DNA from: an uncultured Nitrospiraceae bacterium
GTDB lineage: Bacteria; Nitrospirota; Nitrospiria; Nitrospirales; Nitrospiraceae
Assembly: GCA_963730935.1 (NCBI GenBank)
Contig: CAVSTP010000002.1
Location: 1,016,442 to 1,080,441, forward strand
Length of the DNA stretch: 64,000 bases
Reading direction: 5' to 3'
Part shown: in pieces, positions 38,911 to 49,234 of the stretch
Layout of the letters: every line of letters begins with the position of its first letter
Position numbering within the stretch: the first letter of the stretch is position 1
Program-made: the position numbers and the translations under genes
The notes under the pieces: model-generated
Database searches by the model: none
Told to the model about the DNA's origin: nothing
Seen by the model: only the letters and a program-made list of their open reading frames with translations

Positions 38911-38939
38911 TTGACTCCGCGCATGCACGCAATTAGAAT
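38911..38939 (+). promoter_or_regulatory. Sigma-70 promoter
   Basis: TTGACT-N17-TAGAAT. Confidence 0.7.
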
Positions 38940-39004
38940 AGGCCTCCAACGCACCTGTGAGGGTGGTTTCTTCCTCCGCTTGAAGAGTTCGACAGCAAAC
39001 GGCC

Positions 39005-40201
39005 ATGGGATTGTCAGATAATTTTTACCGGCTGAAGCGGCTCCCCCCCTACGTCTTCGCCCAAGTCCAAACCCTTAAGCTGGAAGCTCGGCATCAAGGC
39101 GAGGACATCATCGACTTTGGAATGGGCAACCCCGATCAACCAACGCCCAACCACATCGTCGAGAAGATGATTGAAGCCGCTCGCAAGGGTAGAAATCACC
39201 GATACTCGGCCTCACGAGGCATTACCAAGCTGCGCCACGCGATTACCGCATGGTATCGGCGCAACTACGATGTGGACCTCGATCCGGAAACCGAAGCCAT
39301 TGTGACGATCGGCTCCAAGGAAGGGCTGGCGCATCTGTCCCTGGCGATGATTGGCCCCGGCGATGTCGTGCTTACGCCCACGCCGACCTATCCCATTCAC
39401 ATGTACAGCTTCGTCATCGCAGGCGGAGAAGTCCGAGGCATCGAGTTGCGGCCGGACAGCGATTTTTTCGATGACCTCCAGCGGGTGTACCGGCAGACCT
39501 TCCCGCGGCCGAAGATTTTAGTCATCAATTTTCCGCACAATCCGACCACGGCCATTGTCGATCTCGAGTTCTTCAAAAAAATCGTGGCCTTCGCCAAGGA
39601 GCACCATGTCATCGTGATCCACGACCTGGCTTATGCCGACTTGGTGTTCGACGGCTATCGGGCACCGAGCTTTCTCCAAGTGCCGGGGGCGAAAGACATC
39701 GGCGTGGAGTTCTATACCTTATCCAAGGCCTACAATATGCCGGGCTGGCGGGTCGGTTTCTGCGTCGGCAACCGAGAAGTGGTGGGAGCGCTGGCCAAGA
39801 TCAAAAGTTACCTCGACTACGGCATCTTTCAACCGTTGCAGATCGCCAGCGTCATCGCGCTCAACGGTCCACAGGACTGCGTCAAGGAAACGGTCCAGCG
39901 CTATCAAAAGCGGCGCGACGTGCTCGTGGGCGGGCTCAATCGTATCGGGTGGAACGTGAACAAACCTCTGGCCACGATGTTCGTGTGGGCCAGAATTCCG
40001 TTGCCCTATAGGCATATGGGGTCTCTCGAGTTTTCCAAACTGCTGTTGCGAGATGCCAAAGTTGCCATCTCACCTGGTATCGGCTTTGGTGAGGGCGGCG
40101 ACGAGTATGTACGCTTTGCGCTCGTTGAAAATGAGCACCGGACGCGCCAGGCCGTTCGCGGAATCAGGAAAGCCTTGAAGCTCGAAGGGGAAGAAGAATG
40201 A
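39005..40201 (+). CDS. alaC: Class I PLP aminotransferase, AlaC-like
   Basis: [36 protein letters not shown]. Confidence 0.88.
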   Translation: MGLSDNFYRLKRLPPYVFAQVQTLKLEARHQGEDIIDFGMGNPDQPTPNHIVEKMIEAARKGRNHRYSASRGITKLRHAITAWYRRNYDVDLDPETEAIVTIGSKEGLAHLSLAMIGPGDVVLTPTPTYPIHMYSFVIAGGEVRGIELRPDSDFFDDLQRVYRQTFPRPKILVINFPHNPTTAIVDLEFFKKIVAFAKEHHVIVIHDLAYADLVFDGYRAPSFLQVPGAKDIGVEFYTLSKAYNMPGWRVGFCVGNREVVGALAKIKSYLDYGIFQPLQIASVIALNGPQDCVKETVQRYQKRRDVLVGGLNRIGWNVNKPLATMFVWARIPLPYRHMGSLEFSKLLLRDAKVAISPGIGFGEGGDEYVRFALVENEHRTRQAVRGIRKALKLEGEEE

Positions 40202-41511
40202 TTTCGCGTGTCGGCGTCGGCCTGATCGGCTTCGGCACGGTCGGCAGCGGCGTTGTGAAGATTCTGTCGGAGAACGCCGGACTGATCCGCCGCCGCGTGG
40301 GCGTGCCGATCGAACTCGTGCGGGTCGCGGATCTCGACGTCATGCGAGACCGGGGAATCACCCTGCCGCCAGGGGTCCTGGTCAATGACGCCAAGCAGGT
40401 CCTGTCGGACCCCGCCGTCGACATCGTTGTGGAACTCGTCGGTGGGTATGATTTTGCCAAACGCCTGATCCTCGATGCCATCGCGGCCGGGAAATCGGTC
40501 GTGACGGCCAACAAAGCCTTACTGGCGCTCCATGGCGAGGAAATTTTTGCCGCGGCGTCCCGCAAAGGCATCGATATCGGATTTGAAGCAAGCGTGGGCG
40601 GGGGCATTCCCGTCATTCACGCCCTCAAAGAAGGGCTGGCCGCCAATTCGATCCAGTCCATTTACGGAATCATCAATGGCACCTCGAACTATATCCTTTC
40701 GCGGATGACCAATGAAGGGAAGGGATTCGCTGAGACGCTCGTCGAGGCACAGAAGGCCGGCTATGCCGAAGCTGATCCCACGTTCGATGTTACCGGGACC
40801 GACAGTGCGCACAAGTTGGCCATTCTGGTGAACCTGGGATTCGGCACGCCAGTCAATTTCAAGGACCTGTATACCGAAGGGATTACCCATATCACCGAGC
40901 ATGACATCGCCTATGCGCGGGAGTTTGACTACACCATTAAGCTGTTGGGCATTGCGAAGATCGTCGAGGGCGACGTGGAAGCACGCGTCCATCCGACCAT
41001 GCTGGGGGCCGAGTCGCCACTGGCGAATATCGAGGGCGTGTATAACGCCATTCAACTGATCGGCGACGCGGTTGGCGACGTTGTCCTGAGCGGACGGGGC
41101 GCCGGCGATCTGGCGGCAGGCAGCGCAGTGGTCAGCGACATCATCGCCGGCGCCCGCAATCTTCTCAAAGGCGGAGCGGGTCGAGTGCCTCCTGCCTCAT
41201 TCCAGCCGGAAGAACGGCGTCCTCTGCGCCTCCGGCCGATGGAGGAAATACGCTCCTTGTACTACTTGCGCTTCATGGTCACTGATCGTCCGGGAGTGTT
41301 GGCGCAGATCGCCGGTGAACTTGGACGCTGCGGCATCAGTATTTCGTCCATGCTGCAAAAGGGGAGGCGCGAAGGACAGACCGTCCCAATCGTTATTAAG
41401 ACCCATACCGCGAGAGAGCGCGACGTTCAAACGGCGCTGAGCCAGATCAATCGCATGTCCTTCATGTCCGAGCCGACCACCCTGATCCGGATCGAGGGCA
41501 AGGACGAGTAA
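40198..41511 (+). CDS. hom: Homoserine dehydrogenase with ACT domain
   Basis: [36 protein letters not shown]. Confidence 0.97.
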   Translation: MISRVGVGLIGFGTVGSGVVKILSENAGLIRRRVGVPIELVRVADLDVMRDRGITLPPGVLVNDAKQVLSDPAVDIVVELVGGYDFAKRLILDAIAAGKSVVTANKALLALHGEEIFAAASRKGIDIGFEASVGGGIPVIHALKEGLAANSIQSIYGIINGTSNYILSRMTNEGKGFAETLVEAQKAGYAEADPTFDVTGTDSAHKLAILVNLGFGTPVNFKDLYTEGITHITEHDIAYAREFDYTIKLLGIAKIVEGDVEARVHPTMLGAESPLANIEGVYNAIQLIGDAVGDVVLSGRGAGDLAAGSAVVSDIIAGARNLLKGGAGRVPPASFQPEERRPLRLRPMEEIRSLYYLRFMVTDRPGVLAQIAGELGRCGISISSMLQKGRREGQTVPIVIKTHTARERDVQTALSQINRMSFMSEPTTLIRIEGKDE

Positions 41512-41515
41512 GGTC

Positions 41516-42574
41516 ATGAATCGCTGGCGCGGCGTCATCGAAGAGTATCGAAAGTTTCTCCCGGTTAGCGAGAGCACACCAGTGATCACGCTGGGGGAAG
41601 GCAATACTCCGCTGATTCGCGCGGCCAGACTCGCCAAGAAAATCGCTCCCGGCATCGACCTGTATTTGAAATTTGAGGGTGCCAATCCCACAGGGTCGTT
41701 CAAGGACCGTGGGATGACCATGGCGATGTCAAAGGCCGTCGAAAACGGCGCACGGGCGGTGATGTGCGCCTCCACCGGCAATACCTCTGCATCGGCCGCG
41801 GCCTATGGCGCCCGTGCCGGGCTGCCGGTCTATGTGCTGATCCCCGCTGGCAAGATCGCGATGGGGAAGCTGTCGCAAGCGATGATGCACCAGGCCACGG
41901 TGATTCAAATCGACGGAAACTTCGACCAAGCGCTCTCGATCGTGAAAACGCTGTCCGCGGCGCATCAGATCGAGCTCGTCAATTCCATCAATCCCTTTCG
42001 GATCGAAGGGCAGAAAACCGCTGCGATGGAAGTGTGCGATCAATTGGGCGATGCACCAGCGGTGCATGTGCTGCCCGTGGGCAACGCCGGCAACATTACC
42101 GCCTATTGGAAGGGCTATAAGGAGTACCGTGGGGCCAATCAAACGACGCGGTTGCCCCGTATGATCGGATTCCAAGCCGCCGGTGCGGCGCCGATTGTCC
42201 TCGGTCGCGTGGTGGAAGATCCACAAACCGTTGCGACGGCGATTCGGATTGGCAATCCCGCCAGCTGGCAGGCGGCTGTTGACGCGATGAAAGAGTCCTC
42301 CGGGGCGATCGACTCCGTCACCGACGAGGAGATTCTCCAGGCCTATGTGGCCGTGGCCGGCACGGAAGGCGTGTTCTGTGAACCGGCGTCGGCGGCCTCG
42401 GTGGCAGGCGTGATGAAACTGAGTCGTCAAGGCGGTTTACGCGAGGGTGAGACGGTGGTGTGCACTCTGACGGGCCATGGATTGAAGGATGCGGACACGG
42501 CAATCGGCGTCTCGGTCAAACCCAAAACGGTCAACGCAACAACGGAGGAAGTGGCTCGTCTGCTGCAGGTGTAA
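41516..42574 (+). CDS. thrC: Threonine synthase
   Basis: [25 protein letters not shown]. Confidence 0.97.
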   Translation: MNRWRGVIEEYRKFLPVSESTPVITLGEGNTPLIRAARLAKKIAPGIDLYLKFEGANPTGSFKDRGMTMAMSKAVENGARAVMCASTGNTSASAAAYGARAGLPVYVLIPAGKIAMGKLSQAMMHQATVIQIDGNFDQALSIVKTLSAAHQIELVNSINPFRIEGQKTAAMEVCDQLGDAPAVHVLPVGNAGNITAYWKGYKEYRGANQTTRLPRMIGFQAAGAAPIVLGRVVEDPQTVATAIRIGNPASWQAAVDAMKESSGAIDSVTDEEILQAYVAVAGTEGVFCEPASAASVAGVMKLSRQGGLREGETVVCTLTGHGLKDADTAIGVSVKPKTVNATTEEVARLLQV

Positions 42575-42598
42575 AAGGAAGATGCGAGTGTATCGTCG

Positions 42599-43834
42599 AT
42601 GAAATATGTGATTCTGCACGCCGAGGGAATGTCGGATCATCCCCGCCAGGAACTAGCTGGCAAGACGCCCCTTCAAGCCGCTTGCACTCCTCACCTTGAT
42701 CGATTGGCTCAACAGAGCGAACTCGGCTTGCTCACCGTCGCGTTGGACAACGGACGCCATGGGAGCGGTCTCACCGGCACATCAATCCTCGGGTATGAAC
42801 CCAAGAAGTATTATCAAGGTCCTGGGCCGTTGGAGGCCGCTAGCTTGGGCGTGACGGTCGGCGAACACGACGTCGTCTACCGGTGTACGATGGTGACCCT
42901 CAAACCCGAAGGCTCATCAGGCCCGAAGGGAAGCGCGTCAGACCTCAAGAAACTCGGCCCGCATGTCGTCATGGACGATGCGACCGCTGGCCTGATCACG
43001 AGCGAGGAGGCGCGCGAACTGATCGACGCCATCAACGAGCAGCTTGGGTCCGAGGTCATTCAATTTTTCCCGGGCTCAGGTCACCGGCATTTGATGGTTT
43101 GGGTCAACGGGAAACCTCGAGCCATGTGCGTCGATCCGCAAGCACTGGTCGGCCGTTCGATTGCCGACTCGCTGCCGGGCGGCGACGGCGCCGCCATGCT
43201 GCGAAAATTGATGGATGCGTCATTATTGATTCTGCGGGACCACCCGGTGAACGAAGAACGGCAAGAAGCAGGTCAGAAGCCCGCCAACTGCTTATGGCTG
43301 TGGGGCGAAGGGCGGTCCATCCCGAGACCGAGTCTGTCTGAACGGTTCGGCGTCCCGGGAGTGGTGGTCTCCTCAGGCGACGTTCACCGGGGGCTCGGCC
43401 TCTTGTCCGGCCTAGACGCGGTTGATCCCTTCCGCTTGGCCGATCTGCGTGCGTATGCCAAGGTGGCGCTCGAGGAACTGAAGAAGAAAGACTTCGCCTA
43501 TGTCCATGTCGAGCTGCCTGACGAGGTGGTGTACGACCCGGACGTCAAAGCCAAGGTGCGTGCCATCGAGGCAGTGGACGGAGAATTTATCGGCCCCTTC
43601 TTGGACGGCATGGCGGCATTGGGCCCCTACCGGCTGGTGACCGTCAGCGATCCCGGCAGCGTGCATCAAAGTAATATGGCTCAAGCGTACTGGCCCTATG
43701 CCTACCATGACAGTATGGCCAAGCCGGCTACCAGCACCGGCCGACGATTTACCGAAGCCGATGCGATGGCCGTGGCCGCCGCCCCGCGAGATGCCACGAA
43801 GTTCGTCGTGCGGCTTTTCGCCAAAGGATCCTAA
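42599..43834 (+). CDS. ApgM-like (2,3-BPG-independent phosphoglycerate mutase / proposed homoserine kinase family), degenerate
   Basis: GKTPLQAA.TPHLD, GPLEAA, HPVN...GQKPANCLWLWG; several metal ligands substituted. Confidence 0.85.
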   Translation: MKYVILHAEGMSDHPRQELAGKTPLQAACTPHLDRLAQQSELGLLTVALDNGRHGSGLTGTSILGYEPKKYYQGPGPLEAASLGVTVGEHDVVYRCTMVTLKPEGSSGPKGSASDLKKLGPHVVMDDATAGLITSEEARELIDAINEQLGSEVIQFFPGSGHRHLMVWVNGKPRAMCVDPQALVGRSIADSLPGGDGAAMLRKLMDASLLILRDHPVNEERQEAGQKPANCLWLWGEGRSIPRPSLSERFGVPGVVVSSGDVHRGLGLLSGLDAVDPFRLADLRAYAKVALEELKKKDFAYVHVELPDEVVYDPDVKAKVRAIEAVDGEFIGPFLDGMAALGPYRLVTVSDPGSVHQSNMAQAYWPYAYHDSMAKPATSTGRRFTEADAMAVAAAPRDATKFVVRLFAKGS

Positions 43835-43837
43835 CCG

Positions 43838-45067
43838 ATGGCGCTCATCGTACAAAAATATGGTGGCACATCCGTCGGATCGATCGAACGGATTCATCGC
43901 GTCGCCGATCGGGTCGAGCAAGCCGTCAAGGAAGGCAACCGCGTCGTGGTCGTGTTGTCCGCCATGAGCGGTGAAACGGATCGATTGTTGAAGCTGGCCC
44001 ACGAAGTCGCCGCGCTTCCTGATGAGCGTGAGCTGGACATGCTGCTCTCGACCGGCGAACGGGTCACGATCGCGTTGCTGGCCATGGAATTGCGCGGACG
44101 CGGGGTCGATGCACGGTCGTTCACCGGCCGTCAGGTCGGCATCATGACCGACAGCGCCCATACCAAGGCGCGGATCACGCGGGTTGCGGCTGAACGGATT
44201 CTCGACGCGCTCGAGAGAGGCGTCGTGCCGGTCGTGGCTGGCTTTCAAGGGATCAATGAGCACTCTGACGTCACCACGTTGGGACGTGGCGGATCCGACT
44301 TGACGGCGGTGGCGTTGGCCGGGGCCTTAAAGGCCGATCGGTGTGTCATCTTTACCGACGTGGACGGGGTCTATACGACCGATCCCAACATCGTTCCGAC
44401 GGCCAGGCGGATCGACAAGATTGCATACGAAGAGATGCTCGAGATGGCAAGTCTCGGAGCCAAGGTGCTGCAGAGCCGCTCGGTTGAGTTCGCCGCGAAG
44501 TACAATGTGCCGCTGGAGGTCAACTCCAGTTTCAAGGAAGGAAAGGGGACGCTCGTGAAACGCGAAGACGCAGACATGGAGGCCGTCGCCGTTTCCGGGA
44601 TTACCGGCGACCGCAATCAGGCGAAAATCACCCTCGTCGGCGTACCGGACAAGCCGGGCATCGCGGCACGCCTGTTGGGGCCGGTCGCGAAGGCGAACAT
44701 TCTTGTCGATATGATCATTCAGAACGTCAGCCATGAATCCCTGACCGACTTCTCCTTCACGATTCCGCGTGTTGACGTCAAAAAAGCGATGCCGATCATT
44801 CAGGATACGGCGAAGGACATCGGCGCCAAGTCAGTCTCCGTGACCGAGGCCATTGCGAAAGTCTCACTGGTCGGCGTTGGCATGCGGTCGCATTCGGGTG
44901 TTGCCGCCAAGATGTTCGACGTCCTGTCCCATGAAGGCGTCAACATCATGATGATCAGCACATCCGAGATCAAAATCTCCTGCGTCATCGACGAAAAGTA
45001 CATGGAATTGGCCATGCGCGCGCTCCATGCCGCCTTTGGGCTGGACTGTGCATCGGCCGGCAGATGA
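43838..45067 (+). CDS. lysC: Aspartate kinase
   Basis: [18 protein letters not shown], two ACT domains. Confidence 0.97.
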   Translation: MALIVQKYGGTSVGSIERIHRVADRVEQAVKEGNRVVVVLSAMSGETDRLLKLAHEVAALPDERELDMLLSTGERVTIALLAMELRGRGVDARSFTGRQVGIMTDSAHTKARITRVAAERILDALERGVVPVVAGFQGINEHSDVTTLGRGGSDLTAVALAGALKADRCVIFTDVDGVYTTDPNIVPTARRIDKIAYEEMLEMASLGAKVLQSRSVEFAAKYNVPLEVNSSFKEGKGTLVKREDADMEAVAVSGITGDRNQAKITLVGVPDKPGIAARLLGPVAKANILVDMIIQNVSHESLTDFSFTIPRVDVKKAMPIIQDTAKDIGAKSVSVTEAIAKVSLVGVGMRSHSGVAAKMFDVLSHEGVNIMMISTSEIKISCVIDEKYMELAMRALHAAFGLDCASAGR

Positions 45068-45124
45068 CGGCCGAGCCGATTTGACCCTCGACAGGCTCCG
45101 CCTCCTCCTGTTACCCTCTCCGCC

Positions 45125-46762
45125 ATGGCCAAACAGCGGTCACAAGCCACGCGCCAACCCTCAGCCAAGGTGGCCGTGAAGGCTCCGCCTGCCACGTCCG
45201 CCCACTTGGAAATTTACGACACGACCTTGCGGGATGGCGCCCAGGCCGAGGACGTCAGTTTTTCCGCCGATGACAAGGTCATGGTCGCCCAGCGGTTGGA
45301 CGACCTTGGCGTGCAGTTCATCGAAGGGGGTTGGCCCGGCGCCAATCCGAGGGACATCGAGTTCTTCCGCATGATCAAGGAAACGCCCTTGAAGCAGGCG
45401 ACCGTCGTGGCGTTCGGCTCTACGAGGAAAGCCAGCAACCCCGTGCAGAAAGATACCAATATCCAGGCGCTGCTCCAGGCGGAGACCAAGGTCATCACCC
45501 TGTTCGGCAAAAGCTGGTCGCTGCACGTGACGGATGCCTTGGGCATCCCTCTCACCACAAATCTCGATCTCATCGCTGACTCCGTGGCGTATCTTCGCTT
45601 GAAACACCGCCGGGTGTTTTACGATGCGGAGCACTTCTTTGACGGGTATAAGACGAATCCGGAGTATGCGCTTGAGACCATCAGGCGGGCCGCGGAAGCC
45701 GGCGCCGAACGCGTGATCCTCTGCGACACGAACGGCGGCACCATGCCGTGGGAAATCAAGAACATCTGCGGAGTGGTGCAAAAGGAATGCAAGGTGCCGC
45801 TCGGCATCCACGCGCACAACGATTGTGAAATGGCTGTCGCGAATTCGCTGGTTGCCATAGAGATGGGAGTGGTGCAAGTCCAGGGCACGATCAACGGAAT
45901 CGGTGAACGCTGCGGCAATGCGAACCTTTGTTCGATTATTCCGAATCTTCAGCTAAAGATGAAACGCCCGGCACTGGGTGAACGACTCAACCACTTGAAG
46001 GAAGTGTCAGGTTTCGTCACCGAAATCGCGAACTTGATGCCGAACAAGCACCAACCCTACGTCGGGGATTCCGCGTTTGCGCACAAGGGCGGTGTCCACA
46101 TCCATGCGGTGCTGAAGAACCCTGCCACCTACGAGCACGTCGTGCCCTCGCTCGTGGGCAATCGCCAGCGGATGCTTGTGTCGGATCACGCAGGCCGCAG
46201 TGGGTTGCTGGAAAAGGTGGAGGCCTACGGGATCAAGATGGACAAGAACCACTCTAAGGTCCAGGAATTGATCGCGACCCTGAAGGAGCGTGAAAACGAA
46301 GGGTATCAGTTCGAAGGAGCCGAAGGCTCCTTTGAGCTGCTCATGCGGAAGGCGATGGGGACCCATAAGCCCTCCTTTCAGCTGTTGGGTTTCAAGGTTA
46401 TTGTCGAGAAAACACAAGAGGATGGACGTTCTGAATCCGAAGCCACCGTCATGGTCAAGGTGGGGGAGGTGGTCGAACAGTCCACTGCGACAGGTGCCGG
46501 TCCGGTGAGCGCGCTCGACCATGCCCTACGCAAGGCTCTTGAAAAGTTCTATCCTCAGCTGAGGGAGGTAAAACTCCTCGATTATAAGGTCCGGGTCCTC
46601 TCGGCGAATCGAGGGACCGAGTCCAAAGTGCGAGTGTTGATCGAATCCGGTGATCACAAGGATAAATGGGGCACCGTGGGCGTCTCCGAAAACATCATGG
46701 AAGCCAGTTGGCAAGCCTTGGCCGACAGTATCGAATACAAACTTTTGGCATCAGACCGTTAG
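45125..46762 (+). CDS. cimA: Citramalate synthase
   Basis: DTTLRDG, IEGGWPGANP, YDAEHFFDG, AFAHKGGVH. Confidence 0.93.
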   Translation: MAKQRSQATRQPSAKVAVKAPPATSAHLEIYDTTLRDGAQAEDVSFSADDKVMVAQRLDDLGVQFIEGGWPGANPRDIEFFRMIKETPLKQATVVAFGSTRKASNPVQKDTNIQALLQAETKVITLFGKSWSLHVTDALGIPLTTNLDLIADSVAYLRLKHRRVFYDAEHFFDGYKTNPEYALETIRRAAEAGAERVILCDTNGGTMPWEIKNICGVVQKECKVPLGIHAHNDCEMAVANSLVAIEMGVVQVQGTINGIGERCGNANLCSIIPNLQLKMKRPALGERLNHLKEVSGFVTEIANLMPNKHQPYVGDSAFAHKGGVHIHAVLKNPATYEHVVPSLVGNRQRMLVSDHAGRSGLLEKVEAYGIKMDKNHSKVQELIATLKERENEGYQFEGAEGSFELLMRKAMGTHKPSFQLLGFKVIVEKTQEDGRSESEATVMVKVGEVVEQSTATGAGPVSALDHALRKALEKFYPQLREVKLLDYKVRVLSANRGTESKVRVLIESGDHKDKWGTVGVSENIMEASWQALADSIEYKLLASDR

Positions 46763-46791
46763 CACGCAGCTTCTCCTCTCAAGAATAGTCC

Positions 46792-46820
46792 TTGACAGCC
46801 TATCTAACCTCACGTAACTT
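46792..46820 (+). promoter_or_regulatory. Sigma-70 promoter
   Basis: TTGACA-N17-TAACTT. Confidence 0.65.
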
Positions 46821-46896
46821 ATGGTAAAAGTGTCTTCTGGCTCCCGACGAGACGGGCGCTTCGACGAGACGGCTTGGTGGCGCAAGGGGGGAGAGC

Positions 46897-47172
46897 ATGA
46901 GAAAGGCTGATATCGCGAATGAAATTTATAAGCAGGTTGGAATTTCGAAGAACGAAGCTGCCGATATCGTCGAGCTTGTGCTGAACATGCTGAAAGCCGT
47001 GTTACAAAAGGGAGATTCCGTCAAGATCGCCGGTTTTGGCAACTTTGTCGTGAGAAGCAAGGGTGCCAGAAAAGGCCGGAATCCACGGACCGGCGAAGAA
47101 ATCGGCATCACGCCTCGTCGCGTCGTGACCTTTCGTCCGAGTCAGGTATTCAAGAAATACGTCAACTCGTAA
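46897..47172 (+). CDS. ihfA: Integration host factor alpha / HU family
   Basis: KIAGFGNF, GRNPRTGEEI.ITPRRVVTFRPS; ihfA-merR synteny. Confidence 0.88.
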   Translation: MRKADIANEIYKQVGISKNEAADIVELVLNMLKAVLQKGDSVKIAGFGNFVVRSKGARKGRNPRTGEEIGITPRRVVTFRPSQVFKKYVNS

Positions 47173-47214
47173 CAGTTTCACACCCGGAACAACTCCCGCC
47201 ACGAGGACCGGTCC

Positions 47215-47562
47215 ATGGGGAATGAGCCCCGGCTCGGCAGCAAGGTTTTCTACAAAATCGGCGAAGTGAGCCAGGTGACGAAGCTTCCTGCCTATGTCCT
47301 CAGGTTCTGGGAATCCCAATTCCCATTTCTGAAACCTAAGAAAAGTCGTGGCAATCAGCGACTCTATGTGCGCAAAGATGTCGAAACGGTGTTGGAAATC
47401 AAACGCATGTTGTACGAAGAAGGACATACGCTCGAAGGTGTGAAACGGTATTGGACCCGTCGCGGTCGTGTGACGGGTCAGCGTATCAAGCCCAAAGAAT
47501 TAGCGCAGAAGCTGCGGGGCAATTTGCAAGCCATTTTGAAAATTCTTGAGTCGCATTCCTGA
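47215..47562 (+). CDS. MerR family regulator
   Basis: [21 protein letters not shown]. Confidence 0.92.
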   Translation: MGNEPRLGSKVFYKIGEVSQVTKLPAYVLRFWESQFPFLKPKKSRGNQRLYVRKDVETVLEIKRMLYEEGHTLEGVKRYWTRRGRVTGQRIKPKELAQKLRGNLQAILKILESHS

Positions 47563-47643
47563 TGAAGATCGGTACCGAACGGTTGCAATCGAGAAGGCTG
47601 CGAGGCGACAATGGGCGTCGCAGCACAGGAACACCAAACACGT

Positions 47644-47720
47644 CGGGGCGTGGCGCAGCCCGGTAGCGTACTCGCTTGGGGTGCGAGTGGTCGGCCGTTC
47701 AAATCGGCTCGCCCCGACCA
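47644..47720 (+). tRNA. tRNA-Pro(GGG)
   Basis: 77-nt cloverleaf; acceptor CGGGGCG/CGCCCCG, anticodon stem CTCGC/GCGAG with loop TTGGGGT, GTTCAAAT, encoded CCA. Confidence 0.97.
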
Positions 47721-47757
47721 ATTCACAACCGTGCTGCCATGAGCGCATCACATTCAT

Positions 47758-47782
47758 AAGCTGCCTCTGAGCAGCTTTTTTT
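47758..47782 (+). terminator. Intrinsic terminator after tRNA-Pro
   Basis: AAGCTGC-CTCTGA-GCAGCTT plus T run. Confidence 0.6.
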
Positions 47783-48586
47783 ATGCCTGACTCACGCCCG
47801 CGCATCCTCGTGACCAATGACGATGGTATCCACTCCACGGGATTGACATCTCTCGCCAAGGCCTTGAGCCGTGTCGGAGACGTTTGGGTGGTGGCGCCGG
47901 ACCGCGAACGTACGGCAGTTGCTCATGCGGTCACCTTGCACAAGCCGTTGAGAATTCACCAAGTCGAGAAGCAGGTCTATGCTGTTAATGGTACCCCCGT
48001 GGACTGCGTCAATTTGGCCTTGTTGAATATCCTGCCCAAACGACCGCATCTTCTTGTCTCGGGGATCAATAAGGGTGTGAACCTCGGCGACGACGTCCTG
48101 TATTCCGGCACCGTCTCGGCCGCTGTGGAAGGCACGATTTTGGGCGTCCCTTCCATGGCGATTTCCCAGGAGGGCCGTGACCAGTTTCACTTTACGACCG
48201 GGGCGCATTACGCGGTGCGCGTCGCGAGACTAATTCTCCGGCAGGGGCTCCCTGAAGAGACGCTCGTCAATGTCAATATTCCGAACCGCACCGTGGAGAC
48301 CGTGACAGGCGTACGAGTGACATGTTTAAGCCGTCGACGGTTCGAGAACCCGATCATCGAGAAAGTCGACCCCCATGGCAGGAGTTACTTCTGGATCGCG
48401 GGGACGCGTGTGTCATGGAGCAGGAACAAGGATGCGGACCACGAAGCAATCGCGGAGGGCGCCGTCTCACTCACACCTCTGCACCTCGACAGCACAAACT
48501 ATGGGGTACTCGATCAGTTGCGTACATGGGAGCCGGTCATCCAAGGGCAGCGTCGCGCACTCAAGTTACGCAGGACGCGGCGATAA
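47783..48586 (+). CDS. surE: 5'/3'-nucleotidase SurE
   Basis: ILVTNDDG, GTPVDCV, SGINKG.NLG, YSGTV. Confidence 0.97.
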   Translation: MPDSRPRILVTNDDGIHSTGLTSLAKALSRVGDVWVVAPDRERTAVAHAVTLHKPLRIHQVEKQVYAVNGTPVDCVNLALLNILPKRPHLLVSGINKGVNLGDDVLYSGTVSAAVEGTILGVPSMAISQEGRDQFHFTTGAHYAVRVARLILRQGLPEETLVNVNIPNRTVETVTGVRVTCLSRRRFENPIIEKVDPHGRSYFWIAGTRVSWSRNKDADHEAIAEGAVSLTPLHLDSTNYGVLDQLRTWEPVIQGQRRALKLRRTRR

Positions 48587-48589
48587 CCC

Positions 48590-49228
48590 ATGGGCAGTCT
48601 CGTCGAAGCCGTCATAACACTCCTTAGCCGGTTCGTCATCAACACGATTTCGACGCTGGGTTACACCGGTATCCTGGTGACGATGGCCATCGAAAGCGCC
48701 TGCATCCCGTTGCCCAGCGAGATCATCATGCCTTTTTCCGGCTATCTTGTGACCACCGGGCAGTTCACGATGTTGGGCGTCACGCTGGCGGGCGCTATCG
48801 GCAATGTCATCGGATCGATCGTCGCTTATTACGCCGGCGTCTGGGGCGGACGACCGTTCGTCGAACGCTATGGGCCTTATGTGCTTCTGTCCAGCCGGGA
48901 TCTCGACACCGCCGATCGCTGGTTTGCAAAATACGGAGAAGCCGCGGTCTTTTTTAGCCGCCTGTTGCCGGTGGTGCGGACCTTCATTTCGCTTCCAGCG
49001 GGAATTGCCAGGATGAACTTTCCGCGCTTCGTCATTTTCACGTTCATCGGCGCTCTTCCCTGGTGCTATGCGTTGGCCTATGTCGGAGTCGCCATGGGGG
49101 AACGATGGGATCAGTTACGGCAGTATTTCCATCAGTTCGACATCGTGATCGGACTCATGCTTGTGCTGGCATTAGGATATTTCCTCTGGTCACATTGGCC
49201 TCGACGCGCCGCCACCCCTAATTCGTAA
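48590..49228 (+). CDS. DedA family membrane protein
   Basis: ESACIPLPSEII, RLLPVVRTFISLPAG. Confidence 0.95.
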   Translation: MGSLVEAVITLLSRFVINTISTLGYTGILVTMAIESACIPLPSEIIMPFSGYLVTTGQFTMLGVTLAGAIGNVIGSIVAYYAGVWGGRPFVERYGPYVLLSSRDLDTADRWFAKYGEAAVFFSRLLPVVRTFISLPAGIARMNFPRFVIFTFIGALPWCYALAYVGVAMGERWDQLRQYFHQFDIVIGLMLVLALGYFLWSHWPRRAATPNS

Positions 49229-49234
49229 CGTACG

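Noticed and set aside
38727..38954. 76-aa N-terminal extension of PdxJ in the ORF track
   Set aside because: GGAGG precedes GTG 38726, where family homology starts; the extension spans the divergent promoter.
38940..39004. Riboswitch, T-box or attenuator before alaC-hom-thrC
   Set aside because: Leader only about 60 nt, with no Thr-rich peptide or terminator.
47644..47783. tRNA-Pro(GGG) as an integration site
   Set aside because: No integrase, no duplicated tRNA 3' end seen, and core genes continue; the site looks empty.
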